A stretch of DNA of 58,036 nt. Origin: Sphingomonadales bacterium. GTDB lineage: Bacteria; Pseudomonadota; Alphaproteobacteria; Sphingomonadales; Sphingomonadaceae. The translations under genes were made by a program, and so were the position numbers. Where the stretch lies: assembly GCA_038234545.1 (NCBI GenBank), contig JBBQTM010000001.1, positions 1-58,036 of the forward strand, written 5' to 3'. The notes beneath the pieces are model-generated. The model saw nothing but the letters and a program-made list of their open reading frames with translations, had not been told where the DNA came from and ran no database searches. Shown piece by piece: positions 22,791 through 32,955 of this stretch; within the stretch, counting starts at the first letter, position 1, and every line of letters begins with the position of its first letter.

Positions 22791-23455
22791 CGTGTCGACT
22801 CGGTACATGGAATGGCATCCTGCTGGGCGATCATGTCGGGATGGGCGGCGGCGAAGGCGGGGTGGGCGCTGGCCGATTCATCAGCGCGGCGGAGACAGGG
22901 ATAAGGCGCGATCGGGACCGCGAACCGGCGCGCATTGTAGAGCTGCGGGACGAGGCAGACGTCGGCCAGGCCGGGCTCGTCGCCGAACAGGAAGGCGCCC
23001 GCGCGCGGGGCGGCGAGGGCCTCCAGTGCTTCCAGCCCTTCCGTCACCCAATGGGCGTACCAGGCGTCGCTCTGCTCCTGCGTCACGTCGAAAATGCCCT
23101 TGAGATATTTGAGCACGCGGAGATTGTTGAGCGGGTGGATGTCGCACGCCACCGTCATCGCCAGCGCGCGGACATGGGCGCCGTCGGCGGGATCGCGCGG
23201 CATCAATGGGGGATCGGGAAACTTCTGGTCGAGATAGACGGCGATAGCGAGACTCTGGGTCAGCTTGAGCCCATCGATCTCGAGCATTGGCACGAACCCT
23301 TGCGGGTTGATCGCGCGATAGGCCGGCTGCTTCTGTTCCCCCGACGCCAGGTTCACCGACCGACGGTCATAGCCGATGCCCTTGAGATTCAACGCGATCC
23401 GCACGCGATAGGCAGCGGACGAGCGGTAATAATCATGGAGCAAAGGCCGCGTCAT
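22787..23455 (-). CDS. maiA: Maleylacetoacetate isomerase (GST zeta)
   Basis: YYRSSAAYRVRIALNLKG, NPQGFVP, CDIHPLNNLRVL, ADVCLVPQLYNARRF. Confidence 0.92.
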   Translation of the reverse strand: MTRPLLHDYYRSSAAYRVRIALNLKGIGYDRRSVNLASGEQKQPAYRAINPQGFVPMLEIDGLKLTQSLAIAVYLDQKFPDPPLMPRDPADGAHVRALAMTVACDIHPLNNLRVLKYLKGIFDVTQEQSDAWYAHWVTEGLEALEALAAPRAGAFLFGDEPGLADVCLVPQLYNARRFAVPIAPYPCLRRADESASAHPAFAAAHPDMIAQQDAIPCTESTR

Positions 23456-23464
23456 GACGTCAGT

Positions 23465-23869
23465 TTACCCTTCATCCATGAATGGCGCCACTACCTCGGG
23501 AGGGACCCGGACCGGGCGGCCCGCGGCCTTGTCGATGATCGCCCATTAGGTGACTGCGCGGACCCGGACCTTGCCGTCCTCGCCGACGAATTCCAAGTGG
23601 CGGTCGAACCGCGCGCCCTTGGGAGCCTCGCCGACCCAGGTGCGGCCGGTCAGCGTTTCGCCGTCGAACGCGGGGCGGAGATAATCGATCTCGTGGCGCA
23701 CAACGACCCAGATGTAATCGTCCTGGTGGGCGGGATCGGCGACGCTGTACCAATGCGCCAGCGCGACTTCCTGGATCCACTGCACCCACACGGCATTATT
23801 GACGTGGCCGAGTTCGTCGATGTGCTCGGGCACCGCGGTGACGGCGTGGGTGAAGACGGGGCGGGTCAT
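23465..23869 (-). pseudogene. Acyl-CoA thioesterase (4HBT/hotdog) interrupted by an in-frame TAA at 23546-23548
   Basis: HIDELGHVNNAVW, VVVRHEIDYLRP; the frame continues past the TAA as WAIIDKAAGRPVRVPPEVVAPF, a typical family C-terminus; could be a sequencing error. Confidence 0.75.
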
Positions 23870-25242
23870 TTGGCAGGAGCGAATTGATCGGCGATCCGGG
23901 CCCTGGCGATGAAGGCGTCGAGCGCGGCGGCTGGATCGGGCTGGGCCTGATCGAGCAGGGATGAAACCGACGCCGACAGTCCGCGCCCCGACGCGCGTTC
24001 GTCGAGCAGGGCGAGCCATTCGGCGCGGGTGACGATCTTGTCGGGATTGCGGGCGATCAGGGTTTTCACGAAATCGCCGAAATTGCCGCCGCTGGCCTGC
24101 TCCGCAGCGAGCGCGATGATCGCCCCGCAGGCATAATAAGCCCGGAAGTCGTTTTGGCGGCGGTAGGCTCCGGCGATCCCGCCCTTGACGAGAAATGGCA
24201 GGCATTCGGCGCGGGCTTCGCGCAGGCGGGCGCGAACGTCGAAGCTCCGGTCGCCGGCCGCGGTGGCGCGAAAGGCGAGCAGGTCGGCCCCGCCCTCGGT
24301 GATCCAGCTTTCGGCCGGCGTGTCATAGCCGATCGCCTGACCGAGCCAGAAATGCGCCGCCTCATGGGCCACGAACCAGCGGGCATGGGACGCCGCTTTG
24401 GCATTGGGTGCGGCCAGGCCTTCCCCTTCGAGCGCCATCACTACCAGCCCGGGAAGCACGCTTCCGCCCATGCTGACCACGCCTTTGGTCGGTCCGGCCC
24501 ATGACACCATTAGCGTCGGCTGGCCAACCGGCGAGGGGCCAAGGCGGGTGCGGTAATCGGCCAGGATCGCGGGCATTTCGCGGTTGAGGTAGGCGCTGAT
24601 CCAGCTTGGCAACGCGGGGTCAAAGAGGGTGGTCATCGCCGGGCCGATGCTGGGGCGGAGCTTGCCGAACAGGACATAGGCCTCGCCGCGATCCATGGTC
24701 GCGCGGGGCAGCCGGCGGCCTTGCGACAGGACCGGCGCGGCGCGGTCGATGAAGATGGTGCGCGTTGGCTGGGCGATGCCGGGCAATGAGTCTTCGTTTC
24801 GGTCCGCGGCACGGGCGGCGGCGGCGGAGGCCATCGGGATGATCTTGAAGCCGTCGGCATAAAGCGCGACCGATCCGTCCGAGAAGCTGATCGCGGGGTC
24901 ATAACCGGCTTCGACATCGGGCTTGAACGGGGTGAAGGCGAGGCGGACGCGGGGCGGGAGGGCGGTGCCATTGGCGGCGACCAGGGCATCGTAATTGCCG
25001 AGCCGTTCAAGACGCACACCGGGGGTCAGCACGCGCACCGTATCGAGCCGCCACGAGCGGTTGGACTCGCGCGGCAGGATCGACTTGGCGAACAGCCAGA
25101 CAGGCGCGCGGGCGGACAGGCGATAATCGGCGGTCCAGCGGTCGCCGTTGCGAACGATCTCGACCGTGGCAATTGGCGCAGTCTGCGCCGCCGCGGGTGC
25201 CGCGATCAGCGCAAGAAGGGCGATGAGCAACCGTGCGATCAT
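23866..25242 (-). CDS. Secreted gluzincin (M1-like) metallopeptidase, uncharacterised
   Basis: Signal peptide MIARLLIALLALIAAPAAA; HEAAH-x18-E motif; ATGA overlaps on both sides. Confidence 0.72.
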   Translation of the reverse strand: MIARLLIALLALIAAPAAAQTAPIATVEIVRNGDRWTADYRLSARAPVWLFAKSILPRESNRSWRLDTVRVLTPGVRLERLGNYDALVAANGTALPPRVRLAFTPFKPDVEAGYDPAISFSDGSVALYADGFKIIPMASAAAARAADRNEDSLPGIAQPTRTIFIDRAAPVLSQGRRLPRATMDRGEAYVLFGKLRPSIGPAMTTLFDPALPSWISAYLNREMPAILADYRTRLGPSPVGQPTLMVSWAGPTKGVVSMGGSVLPGLVVMALEGEGLAAPNAKAASHARWFVAHEAAHFWLGQAIGYDTPAESWITEGGADLLAFRATAAGDRSFDVRARLREARAECLPFLVKGGIAGAYRRQNDFRAYYACGAIIALAAEQASGGNFGDFVKTLIARNPDKIVTRAEWLALLDERASGRGLSASVSSLLDQAQPDPAAALDAFIARARIADQFAPAK

Positions 25243-27296
25243 GCCGCCTCCAGCTGGGTCAGCACGAAGGCATAGGCCTCCGCCACCTCGCGCAGCGAAT
25301 TCCAGCGGCCCGACTTGCCGCCATGCCCCGCACCCATATTGATCTTGAGCAAAAGGAGATTGTCGTCGGTCTTTGTGGCGCGCAGGCGGGCGGCCCATTT
25401 GGCGGGCTCCCAATAGGTCACGCGCGGATCGTGGAGGCCGCCGGTGATGAGCAAGGGTGGGTACGCCTGGGCGGTGACATTGTCGTAAGGCGAGTAGCTT
25501 CTGATCAGCTCGAATGCCTCGCGGTCCTCGATCGGATTGCCCCATTCGGTCCACTCGCCCGGGGTCAGCGGCAGCGTGTCGTCGAGCATGGTGGCGAGCA
25601 CGTCGACGAACGGCACGTCGGCGACGACCGCGCCGTATAGCTCGGGCGCCTGGTTGATCACCGCCCCCATCAACTCGCCGCCCGCCGACCCGCCCTGCGC
25701 CGCGATATTGCCCGCCTTGGCATAGCCAGCTTCGATCAGCCCGCGCGTGACATCGACGAAATCGTTGAAGGTGTTGGTGCGGCTCTTGAGCTTGCCGTCG
25801 AGGAACCATTGATAGCCAAGGTCGTCGCCGCCGCGGATGTGGGCGATGGCAAAGGCGACCCCACGATCGACCAGGCTCAGGCGGCTGGTGGCGAAGCTGG
25901 GTGGGATGGCGTAGCCGTAAGCGCCATAGGCATAGACGAAGAGCTTGCCCGACCCGTCGAGCTTGCTGTCCTTGAGGCGAAGCACCGAGACCGGGACCAT
26001 CTTGCCGTCGCGGGCGGGAATCATCAGCCGGTCGGTGACATATTTGGCGGGTTCGTAGCCCGAGGGAATTTCCTGGACCTTGAGCACTTCGAGCCGGTTG
26101 TCGGCGGGGTAATAGTCGTAGGCGGTGCCGGGGGTGACCATCGACGAATAATGCAGCCGATAGGCGTCTGGCGCATAATCGGGATTGCCCGAGAAACCGG
26201 CGCTGTAGCTCGCTTCGGCGAACGGTACGCGGCGCTCGTCGCCGGTGGCGTAATCGCGCAGCACGAGCTGGTCGAGGCCGTCGACGCGGCTGGTGACGAG
26301 CAAATGATCGCGGTGGCTGGCGAGCCCTCGAAGGTAAGTGCGGTCACTTCCCGCGACGACGGTCGTCCAGTCGGCGGGGGCGGCGGGATCGGCGCTTGCG
26401 ATTCGGAAATTGACGTGGTCGTCGTTGGTCAGGATCCACAATTTGCCGTGCGCGGCGTCGACTTCATACTGGACGTCGGGGGTACGCGAGCGGATCAGGG
26501 TCAGCGGCGCAAAGGGATTGTCGGCGGGAACGAAGCGGACCTCGTTCGAGCTGTTGTTGCCGGTCGCGACGATGATGAAGCAATCGTCGGTGGTGCGCCC
26601 GACATTGACCGAAAAGGCGATATCTTCGCTCTCTTCGTAGATGGTGACCGCCGCCGCCGGATCGGCACCGATGCGGTGATAGCAGGCGCGGTAGCTGCGC
26701 CATTGGTCGTTGACCTCGGTGAAGACGAGGCCCGCGCTATCGCTGGTCCATACTGGCTGGCCAATGCCGACCGCGGTGACGGTCTCGACGTCCTGACCGG
26801 TGGCGAGGTCGCGCACCACCAGCTTGAACCGCTCCGATCCGTCATCGTCCACTAACGTGGCGAGCAAGCGGCCGTCGGGGCTGACCGCGAACGCACCGAG
26901 GCGAAAATATTCCTTGCCCTCGGCCTCGGCATTTTCGTCGAATATCAGGGACTGGTCCCCGCCCGCTGCGGGTCGGCGGTACCACAAGCGATATTGCGTC
27001 CCTTCCTTGAACGCCGACCAGTAGAGCCAGTCGCCATCCTTCAACGGCGGTGACGAATCATCCTCCTTGATTCGCCCCTTCATCTCCTGGAACAGCCCCT
27101 CGACGAGGTCGGCATGCGGCGCCATCGCGGCCTCGAAATAGGCATTTTCGGCCTTGAGATAGTCGAGCACCTCGGTGTCGGTGACCTCGGGGTAACCGGG
27201 ATCGCGGATCCATGCCCAAGGGTCGTCGATCGTCACACCGTGGACGGTGGTGCTGTGGGGCTTGCGTGCGGCGACTGGGGCGGGAGGCAGGCTCAT
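25239..27296 (-). CDS. ptrB: Oligopeptidase B (S9A)
   Basis: YGAYG, HIRGG, GGSAGG catalytic Ser, DPRVTYWEPAKW, MGAGHGG. Confidence 0.93.
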   Translation of the reverse strand: MSLPPAPVAARKPHSTTVHGVTIDDPWAWIRDPGYPEVTDTEVLDYLKAENAYFEAAMAPHADLVEGLFQEMKGRIKEDDSSPPLKDGDWLYWSAFKEGTQYRLWYRRPAAGGDQSLIFDENAEAEGKEYFRLGAFAVSPDGRLLATLVDDDGSERFKLVVRDLATGQDVETVTAVGIGQPVWTSDSAGLVFTEVNDQWRSYRACYHRIGADPAAAVTIYEESEDIAFSVNVGRTTDDCFIIVATGNNSSNEVRFVPADNPFAPLTLIRSRTPDVQYEVDAAHGKLWILTNDDHVNFRIASADPAAPADWTTVVAGSDRTYLRGLASHRDHLLVTSRVDGLDQLVLRDYATGDERRVPFAEASYSAGFSGNPDYAPDAYRLHYSSMVTPGTAYDYYPADNRLEVLKVQEIPSGYEPAKYVTDRLMIPARDGKMVPVSVLRLKDSKLDGSGKLFVYAYGAYGYAIPPSFATSRLSLVDRGVAFAIAHIRGGDDLGYQWFLDGKLKSRTNTFNDFVDVTRGLIEAGYAKAGNIAAQGGSAGGELMGAVINQAPELYGAVVADVPFVDVLATMLDDTLPLTPGEWTEWGNPIEDREAFELIRSYSPYDNVTAQAYPPLLITGGLHDPRVTYWEPAKWAARLRATKTDDNLLLLKINMGAGHGGKSGRWNSLREVAEAYAFVLTQLEAA

Positions 27297-27364
27297 TCAT
27301 TCTCCTGGGGCATTGGCGAAACGGGCAGTTCGGCTCTATCTAGCGAGCGAATAGGAGTATGCCC

Positions 27365-29158
27365 ATGTCTTCCCATGCCGACCGTCTTGCCGCGCTTCGT
27401 GAGCAGTTGAAGGTCGACCGGCTCGACGGGTTCGTCGTTCCCCTGACCGACGAGCATATGAGCGAATATGTCGGCAGCTACGCCAAGCGGCTGGAATGGC
27501 TGACCGGGTTCAAGGGCTCGGCCGGATCGGCCGTGGTGCTGCCGCAGGAAGCGGCGATCTTCACCGACGGGCGCTATACGTTGCAGGTGCGCAGCCAGGT
27601 CAGCGGGTCGGAATGGAGCTATGAGTCGGTGCCCGAGACCAGCGCCGCGGAATGGCTCGCCAAGCATGCGCCGCAGGGCGCGCGGATCGGTTATGATCCG
27701 TGGCTGCACACCGGCGACTGGGTCAAGCAGGCGACCGAGCAATTGGCGGCCAAGGGCGCCGAGCTGGTCGCGGTGGGGGTCAATCCGATCGACCGCGTGT
27801 GGGCCGATCGGCCCGAGCCGTCGAAAGCGCGGCTGGTGGTCCAGCGCGATGAACTTGCCGGGCGGTCGTCGGCCGACAAGCGCCAGGAAATGGCCGACTG
27901 GCTGAGCAACAATGATGCCGATGTGGCGGTGCTCGCCGCGCTCGATTCGATTGCCTGGACGTTCAACTTGCGCGGCGCCGATGTCAGCCACACGCCGGTC
28001 GCTTTGGCCTATGCTTTGGTCAATCGAGACGGGACGGCGGAGTTATTTGTCGATCCGGAAAAGGTCGATGACGAGGTGAGAGCGCATCTTGGCAATGGCG
28101 TCCGGCTGCACGATCGCGACGCGTTCGAGCTTTATCTGAAGGGCTTGGCAGGAAAGAATATCGCGGTCGATCCCGAGCGGTCGGTAGCCGCGATCGGGCA
28201 GGCGCTTGAGGGCGCGGGCGCGAAGATGTGGCGGGTGCGCGATCCGGCGGTGCTGCCCAAGGCGATCAAGAACGGCGCTGAAATCAGCGGTCACCAGGCG
28301 GCGCAGTCGCGCGACGGGGCGGCGATCGCGCGGTTCCTTCGCTGGGTCGAAGCCGAGGCGCCATCGGGCAAGCTCGACGAATTGAACGCGTCCGATCGCT
28401 TGCAGGCGTTTCGCGAGGAAGGCGGGATGCTGCGCGACCTGTCGTTCGACACGATTTCGGGCAGCGGGCCGAACGGCGCGATCGTCCATTACAAGGCGTC
28501 GCCCGAGACCAATCGGCCGATCGCGATGAACAGCCTGTATCTGGTCGATTCGGGCGGACAATATGAGGATGGCACGACCGACATCACGCGCACGCTGGCG
28601 ATCGGCGAGCCGACCGACGAAATGCGCGACCGCTTTACCCGTGTGCTGCAGGGCCATATCGCGATCGCCACCGCATTGTTCCCCAAGGGAACGCGAGGGT
28701 CGCAGCTCGACAGCTTTGCGCGGCGGGCGTTGTGGGAAGCGGGGGTCGATTACGCCCATGGCACCGGCCACGGGGTCGGCGCCTTCCTGTCGGTCCACGA
28801 AGGGCCGCAGCGTATCTCGCCGGCGGGATCGAGCCAGTCGGGCGGCGACGAGCCCCTCGCGGCGGGGATGATCCTCAGCAACGAGCCGGGCTATTACAAG
28901 ACCGGAGAGTATGGCATCCGGATCGAGAATCTGGTGCTGGTGGTCGAGAAACAGGTCGCGGGCGCGGAGAAGCCGATGCTCGGGTTTGAGACACTGACCT
29001 TCGCGCCGATCGAGCGGCGGCTGGTGGCGACCGAGATGCTGTCGACGCGCGAGCTCGACTGGCTCAATGGCTATCACGCCGAGGTGCTGGCCAAGATCGG
29101 GCCGCAACTCGACGGGGACGAGCGCGCCTGGCTCGAAGCCGCCTGCGCGCCACTTTAG
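27365..29158 (+). CDS. Aminopeptidase P family (M24B) protein
   Basis: DEHMSEY, DGRY, DSGGQYEDGTTDITRT, HGTGHGVG, VHEGP, SNEPGYY, GIRIEN. Confidence 0.95.
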   Translation: MSSHADRLAALREQLKVDRLDGFVVPLTDEHMSEYVGSYAKRLEWLTGFKGSAGSAVVLPQEAAIFTDGRYTLQVRSQVSGSEWSYESVPETSAAEWLAKHAPQGARIGYDPWLHTGDWVKQATEQLAAKGAELVAVGVNPIDRVWADRPEPSKARLVVQRDELAGRSSADKRQEMADWLSNNDADVAVLAALDSIAWTFNLRGADVSHTPVALAYALVNRDGTAELFVDPEKVDDEVRAHLGNGVRLHDRDAFELYLKGLAGKNIAVDPERSVAAIGQALEGAGAKMWRVRDPAVLPKAIKNGAEISGHQAAQSRDGAAIARFLRWVEAEAPSGKLDELNASDRLQAFREEGGMLRDLSFDTISGSGPNGAIVHYKASPETNRPIAMNSLYLVDSGGQYEDGTTDITRTLAIGEPTDEMRDRFTRVLQGHIAIATALFPKGTRGSQLDSFARRALWEAGVDYAHGTGHGVGAFLSVHEGPQRISPAGSSQSGGDEPLAAGMILSNEPGYYKTGEYGIRIENLVLVVEKQVAGAEKPMLGFETLTFAPIERRLVATEMLSTRELDWLNGYHAEVLAKIGPQLDGDERAWLEAACAPL

Positions 29159-29167
29159 GGGAACATC

Positions 29168-29320
29168 ATGATCAAGTTGCGGAGGGCCGCGCGGCCGCTG
29201 GCGTGGATTGCGCTCGGCTGGGTGCTTGGCGCCCTATATATTCTCGGCCCCCGCGCGGCGCTCAACCGCGGGCTCGATCATGGCTATTCGCTGGCCGCCT
29301 GGTTTTCGTCGGTCTTCTGA
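29168..29320 (+). CDS. Putative 50-aa membrane peptide, absent from ORF track
   Basis: GGGGA SD just after the aminopeptidase stop; MIKLRRAARPLAWIALGWVLGALYILGPRAALNRGLDHGYSLAAWFSSVF*. Confidence 0.45.
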   Translation: MIKLRRAARPLAWIALGWVLGALYILGPRAALNRGLDHGYSLAAWFSSVF

Positions 29321-29415
29321 GGTGCGACATCGCGGGCCTGGGCTTTGCGGCGGCGCAAATTCTCGCGGAGGGCGGCGGCGAGCTTCTGGTCGCGTTGCTG
29401 GTCGGCTTTGGACAT
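29284..29415 (-). CDS. Small basic helical protein (43 aa), absent from ORF track
   Basis: MSKADQQRDQKLAAALRENLRRRKAQARDVAPQKTDENQAASE*; I recognise the LAAALRENLRRRK motif from small alphaproteobacterial proteins. Confidence 0.7.
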   Translation of the reverse strand: MSKADQQRDQKLAAALRENLRRRKAQARDVAPQKTDENQAASE

Positions 29416-29503
29416 GCACTGTGCTCTATCCGCACCGCCATGCCAGGCCAAGCGGGTTGACGCCGCGCGCCGCGCTGGCCATAGGCCGCCCGTCTCCGGA
29501 CAC

Positions 29504-29577
<74 letters not shown>

Positions 29578-29578
<1 letters not shown>

Positions 29579-29622
29579 GCCTCTCAAAAGCAATGTCCGG
29601 GGGACATTCCTTTTGAGAGGCT
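29578..29622. repeat. Long hairpin directly after tRNA-Thr (core ATGTCCGGGGGACAT)
   Basis: AGCCTCTCAAAAG-C-AATGTCC-GGG-GGACATT-C-CTTTTGAGAGGCT. Confidence 0.85.
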
Positions 29623-29673
29623 CCCATTTCCATCGCAATTGACCGCGTGGCCATGCCTCGCCATGTCCCGGTG

Positions 29674-30675
29674 ATGCGTTTTTTCTCCGACAATGCCGCC
29701 GCTGCCTGCCCCCAGGTGATCGATGCCCTGGTCGCGGCCAACCGGCTCGACACGGCCTATGACGGCGATGCGTGGAGCCTGAAGCTCAACCGCGCATTTT
29801 CGGACCTGTTCGAAACCGAGGTCGAGGCCTTGTGGGTGACCACCGGCACGGCCGCCAACAGCATCGGCCTCGCCATGCTCTGCCCGCCGACCGGCGTGAT
29901 CCTCACCCACCGCGATGCCCATATCGAGAATGACGAGGCCGGCGCCCCGGCAATGTACAATGGCGGGGCCAAGCTGATGCTGCTCGACGGCCCGGGCGCC
30001 AAGGTGACGCCGACGGCGGTCGAAGCCGCCTGCGCGCGGATCCGGCCCGACGTCCACCAAGTGCAGCCGGCGGCATTGTCGATCACCAATGCCACCGAAT
30101 ATGGGCTGACCTATTCGCCCGCCGAGACCGCCGCGCTGGGGGAGGCGGCGAAGGCGCGGGGGCTGGGATTTCAGCTCGACGGCGCGCGGTTCGCCAATGC
30201 GGTGGTGTCGACCGGGGCCAGTCCCGCGGAGCTGACATGGAAGGCCGAGGTCGATGTGCTGAGCTTCGGCTTCGTCAAGAATGGCGGGATGAATGCCGAG
30301 GCGTTAATCTTCTTCGACCCGCGTCATGCCGAGCGCGCGAAGGTATTGCGCAAAAGGTCGGGGCATTTACTGTCCAAGGGCCGCTACCTTGCCGCCCAAT
30401 TGCTGGCGATGCTCGACGGCGATCTGTGGCTCGCGAATGCCAAGAGCGCCAATGCGGCGGCGACGGTGCTGGCCGAGGCGGCGGCGGAGCGGCTGGTTTA
30501 TCCGGTCGAGGCCAATGAGTTGTTCGTGCGGATGTCGCCCGAGGAAGCCGCCGCGATCCGCGCGCAGGGGTTCGATTTTTACGACTGGGCGCCGGGCGAG
30601 GTGCGGCTGGTGACGAGCTGGGACCAGGATATGGACGCGGTCGCGGCGCTGGCGAAGGCCATCCGGGAGCTGTGA
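29674..30675 (+). CDS. Low-specificity L-threonine aldolase (PLP-dependent)
   Basis: FFSDN, TGTAANS, DGARFANA, SFGFVKNG (PLP lysine), LLSKGRYLAAQ. Confidence 0.9.
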   Translation: MRFFSDNAAAACPQVIDALVAANRLDTAYDGDAWSLKLNRAFSDLFETEVEALWVTTGTAANSIGLAMLCPPTGVILTHRDAHIENDEAGAPAMYNGGAKLMLLDGPGAKVTPTAVEAACARIRPDVHQVQPAALSITNATEYGLTYSPAETAALGEAAKARGLGFQLDGARFANAVVSTGASPAELTWKAEVDVLSFGFVKNGGMNAEALIFFDPRHAERAKVLRKRSGHLLSKGRYLAAQLLAMLDGDLWLANAKSANAAATVLAEAAAERLVYPVEANELFVRMSPEEAAAIRAQGFDFYDWAPGEVRLVTSWDQDMDAVAALAKAIREL

Positions 30676-31607
30676 ACCGGGCTCACGAGTCGCGGATCGA
30701 TTCGTCGATCGTCATCCCGTTCATCATTTTCACGTTGATCTGGGGATCGACCTGGCTGGTGATCCGCGGCCAGATCGACACGGTCGCGCCGCAATGGTCT
30801 GTGACCTATCGCTTCGCCATGGCGGCGGTGGCGATGGCTGCGGTAGCACATTGGAAGGGCCAGTCGCTGCGCCCGACGCGCGCGATGCTGGGGGTCGCGG
30901 CGGTGGTCGGGATCAGCCAGTTCTGCTTCAACTTCAACGGCGTCTACGTCGCCGAACTATACATCACCTCGGGAGTGGTCGCGACCATGTTCGCCTTGCT
31001 GTTCATCCCCAACAGCCTGCTGGCCTGGGGACTGCTGGGCCAGCGCCCAAGCGGGCGATTTGCAATCGGCGGCGCGATCGCCGCGGCGGGGATCGGCCTG
31101 CTGTTCGTCAACGAGCTTCAATCGAGCAAGGCCAGTACCAGCGAGGTGCTGGCTGGGCTTGGGTTGACCCTGTTTGGATTGCTGTCGGCGTCCTGGGCCA
31201 ATGTCTATCAGGCGCTCGAAGGATCGCGCCGCCAGCCATTGCTGGCGATGCTGGCGTGGGCGATGGGGATCGGGGCGCTGGCCGACGGGCTGTTCGCGAT
31301 TGCCGTTGCCGGACCGCCAACGATCGACCTGAGCGTGGGCTACTGGCTTGGGCTGGTCTACCTCGCGCTGGCGGCGACGGTGCTGGCGTTCAGCCTGTAT
31401 CTGCCGGTGGTGCGCAAGATCGGGCCGGGCCGAGCGGCCTATTCCAGTGTGCTGGTGCCGGTGATCGCGATGGGGCTGTCGACGATCTTCGAGGAGTATC
31501 GCTGGAGCCTGCTCGCCGCCGCGGGCGGATTGCTCGCGCTGGGCGGGATGCTGGTGGCGCTGAGCGGCAATCGGGGGAGCAAGGTCGCCGCCCCCGATGC
31601 CGGCTGA
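30672..31607 (+). CDS. EamA/DMT family transporter
   Basis: About 10 TM segments, LIWGSTW, IGPGRAAY. Confidence 0.9.
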   Translation: MNRAHESRIDSSIVIPFIIFTLIWGSTWLVIRGQIDTVAPQWSVTYRFAMAAVAMAAVAHWKGQSLRPTRAMLGVAAVVGISQFCFNFNGVYVAELYITSGVVATMFALLFIPNSLLAWGLLGQRPSGRFAIGGAIAAAGIGLLFVNELQSSKASTSEVLAGLGLTLFGLLSASWANVYQALEGSRRQPLLAMLAWAMGIGALADGLFAIAVAGPPTIDLSVGYWLGLVYLALAATVLAFSLYLPVVRKIGPGRAAYSSVLVPVIAMGLSTIFEEYRWSLLAAAGGLLALGGMLVALSGNRGSKVAAPDAG

Positions 31608-31610
31608 CCC

Positions 31611-32891
31611 TCACTTCGCCGGCGGTGGTGCCGGCGTGGTCATCACCATCTGCCGCTGCTGATCGGCGGGCAGCGTGGCGAGGTATTTCGCCTTCCACTC
31701 CATCGCCATGCTGACCCGGGTGCGGCCGGAGGGGTGGTCGAAGAACAGGATTTCCTCGAGCGCCGATGGTTCGATCTTGCGAAATTCGCTGAGCTGCATT
31801 GCGGTCATCGCGAAGCCGTCGGGTTCTCGCGCCGACATCAGACCGAAGGCGTCGGCTTCGCTTTCGTGATAGCGGATCAGCGAGTTGAAGATGATCCCGC
31901 CGGGGATAAGCAGCACTGCGAGTAGCATATAGAGCAACGGAGCGGAGGCCGGGTCGGCGACCTCGCTGACGCCCCATTTTTCCCTGTTTTTCGCCAAAAT
32001 CTTCGGAGCGAGCCAATACATGGTGCCGAACGCGACCAGGGCCATCAGGGTGATGTAGAGCAGCAATTTCTGGATATGGTAGAGTTTGTAATGGCCCATT
32101 TCGTGGCCCATCACCGCCTTGATCCCGTGGATGTTGGAACGGTTCAACAGATTGTCGTTGAGCGCGATGCGGATGGTCGGCCCGAGCCCCGCGACATTGG
32201 CCGAAATTCGCTTGGTCTGCTTCGATGCGTCGACCACATAGACGTCATTGGTCGGGATTTTCTGCTCATGCGCGATGCGCAGGATTTCGCTCTTGACCGG
32301 TCCGTCGGCCATCGGGGTATATTTGTTGATCAGCGGTTCGATGAAGATCGGCGCGAGCATGATCATGAAGGCCATCATCGCCGCCATCGCGCCGCTCGCC
32401 CATAACCACCAGCGCTTCGGGCTTTTGCGGATCACGGCGTAGATCACCATGAACATCAAGGCGCTGATCACCAGCCCGACGCCCATCAGTTTCAATTGCT
32501 CGATACCCCATTGACCAAGCGTCTGGTTCGACATGCCATACTGATGCTCGCGGTAGAAAGCGGTGTAGATCGACCAGGGCAGGGTCAGCACCGCACCCGC
32601 GATCCCAAACGGGACCGAATAGATCGCCGGCTGGAGCCATTTGTGACGAGTGATCTTCGCTGCCCATTGGCTCCATGACGCCGACCAGCCGAGGCGGAGC
32701 ATCAGCCAGTAAGCCAGGATCGAGACCGAAGCGCCCCACAGGGGCAGCCAATAGCCGCCCTCGAAATACGCATCGGACTTGGCCCGCGCCGCGCCGTCCA
32801 GCGTGGCGAGATAGGCCCGCGTCGCAGCCTCGGCATCGAACGCCGGCGCGGCAGTCGCCGCGGCCAGCAGGATGGTGTCCAAGCTTAACAT
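31611..32891 (-). CDS. M48 family (Ste24-like) membrane metalloprotease
   Basis: Multiple TM; MGHEMGH (HExxH), ESEADAFG, DHPS...RV. Confidence 0.9.
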   Translation of the reverse strand: MLSLDTILLAAATAAPAFDAEAATRAYLATLDGAARAKSDAYFEGGYWLPLWGASVSILAYWLMLRLGWSASWSQWAAKITRHKWLQPAIYSVPFGIAGAVLTLPWSIYTAFYREHQYGMSNQTLGQWGIEQLKLMGVGLVISALMFMVIYAVIRKSPKRWWLWASGAMAAMMAFMIMLAPIFIEPLINKYTPMADGPVKSEILRIAHEQKIPTNDVYVVDASKQTKRISANVAGLGPTIRIALNDNLLNRSNIHGIKAVMGHEMGHYKLYHIQKLLLYITLMALVAFGTMYWLAPKILAKNREKWGVSEVADPASAPLLYMLLAVLLIPGGIIFNSLIRYHESEADAFGLMSAREPDGFAMTAMQLSEFRKIEPSALEEILFFDHPSGRTRVSMAMEWKAKYLATLPADQQRQMVMTTPAPPPAK

Positions 32892-32955
32892 TTCATTCCC
32901 CCAATTCCCCGAGCGGGAGCGTAGCTTCTTCGAGAGGGCGTGCAAGTCTTAGCTT

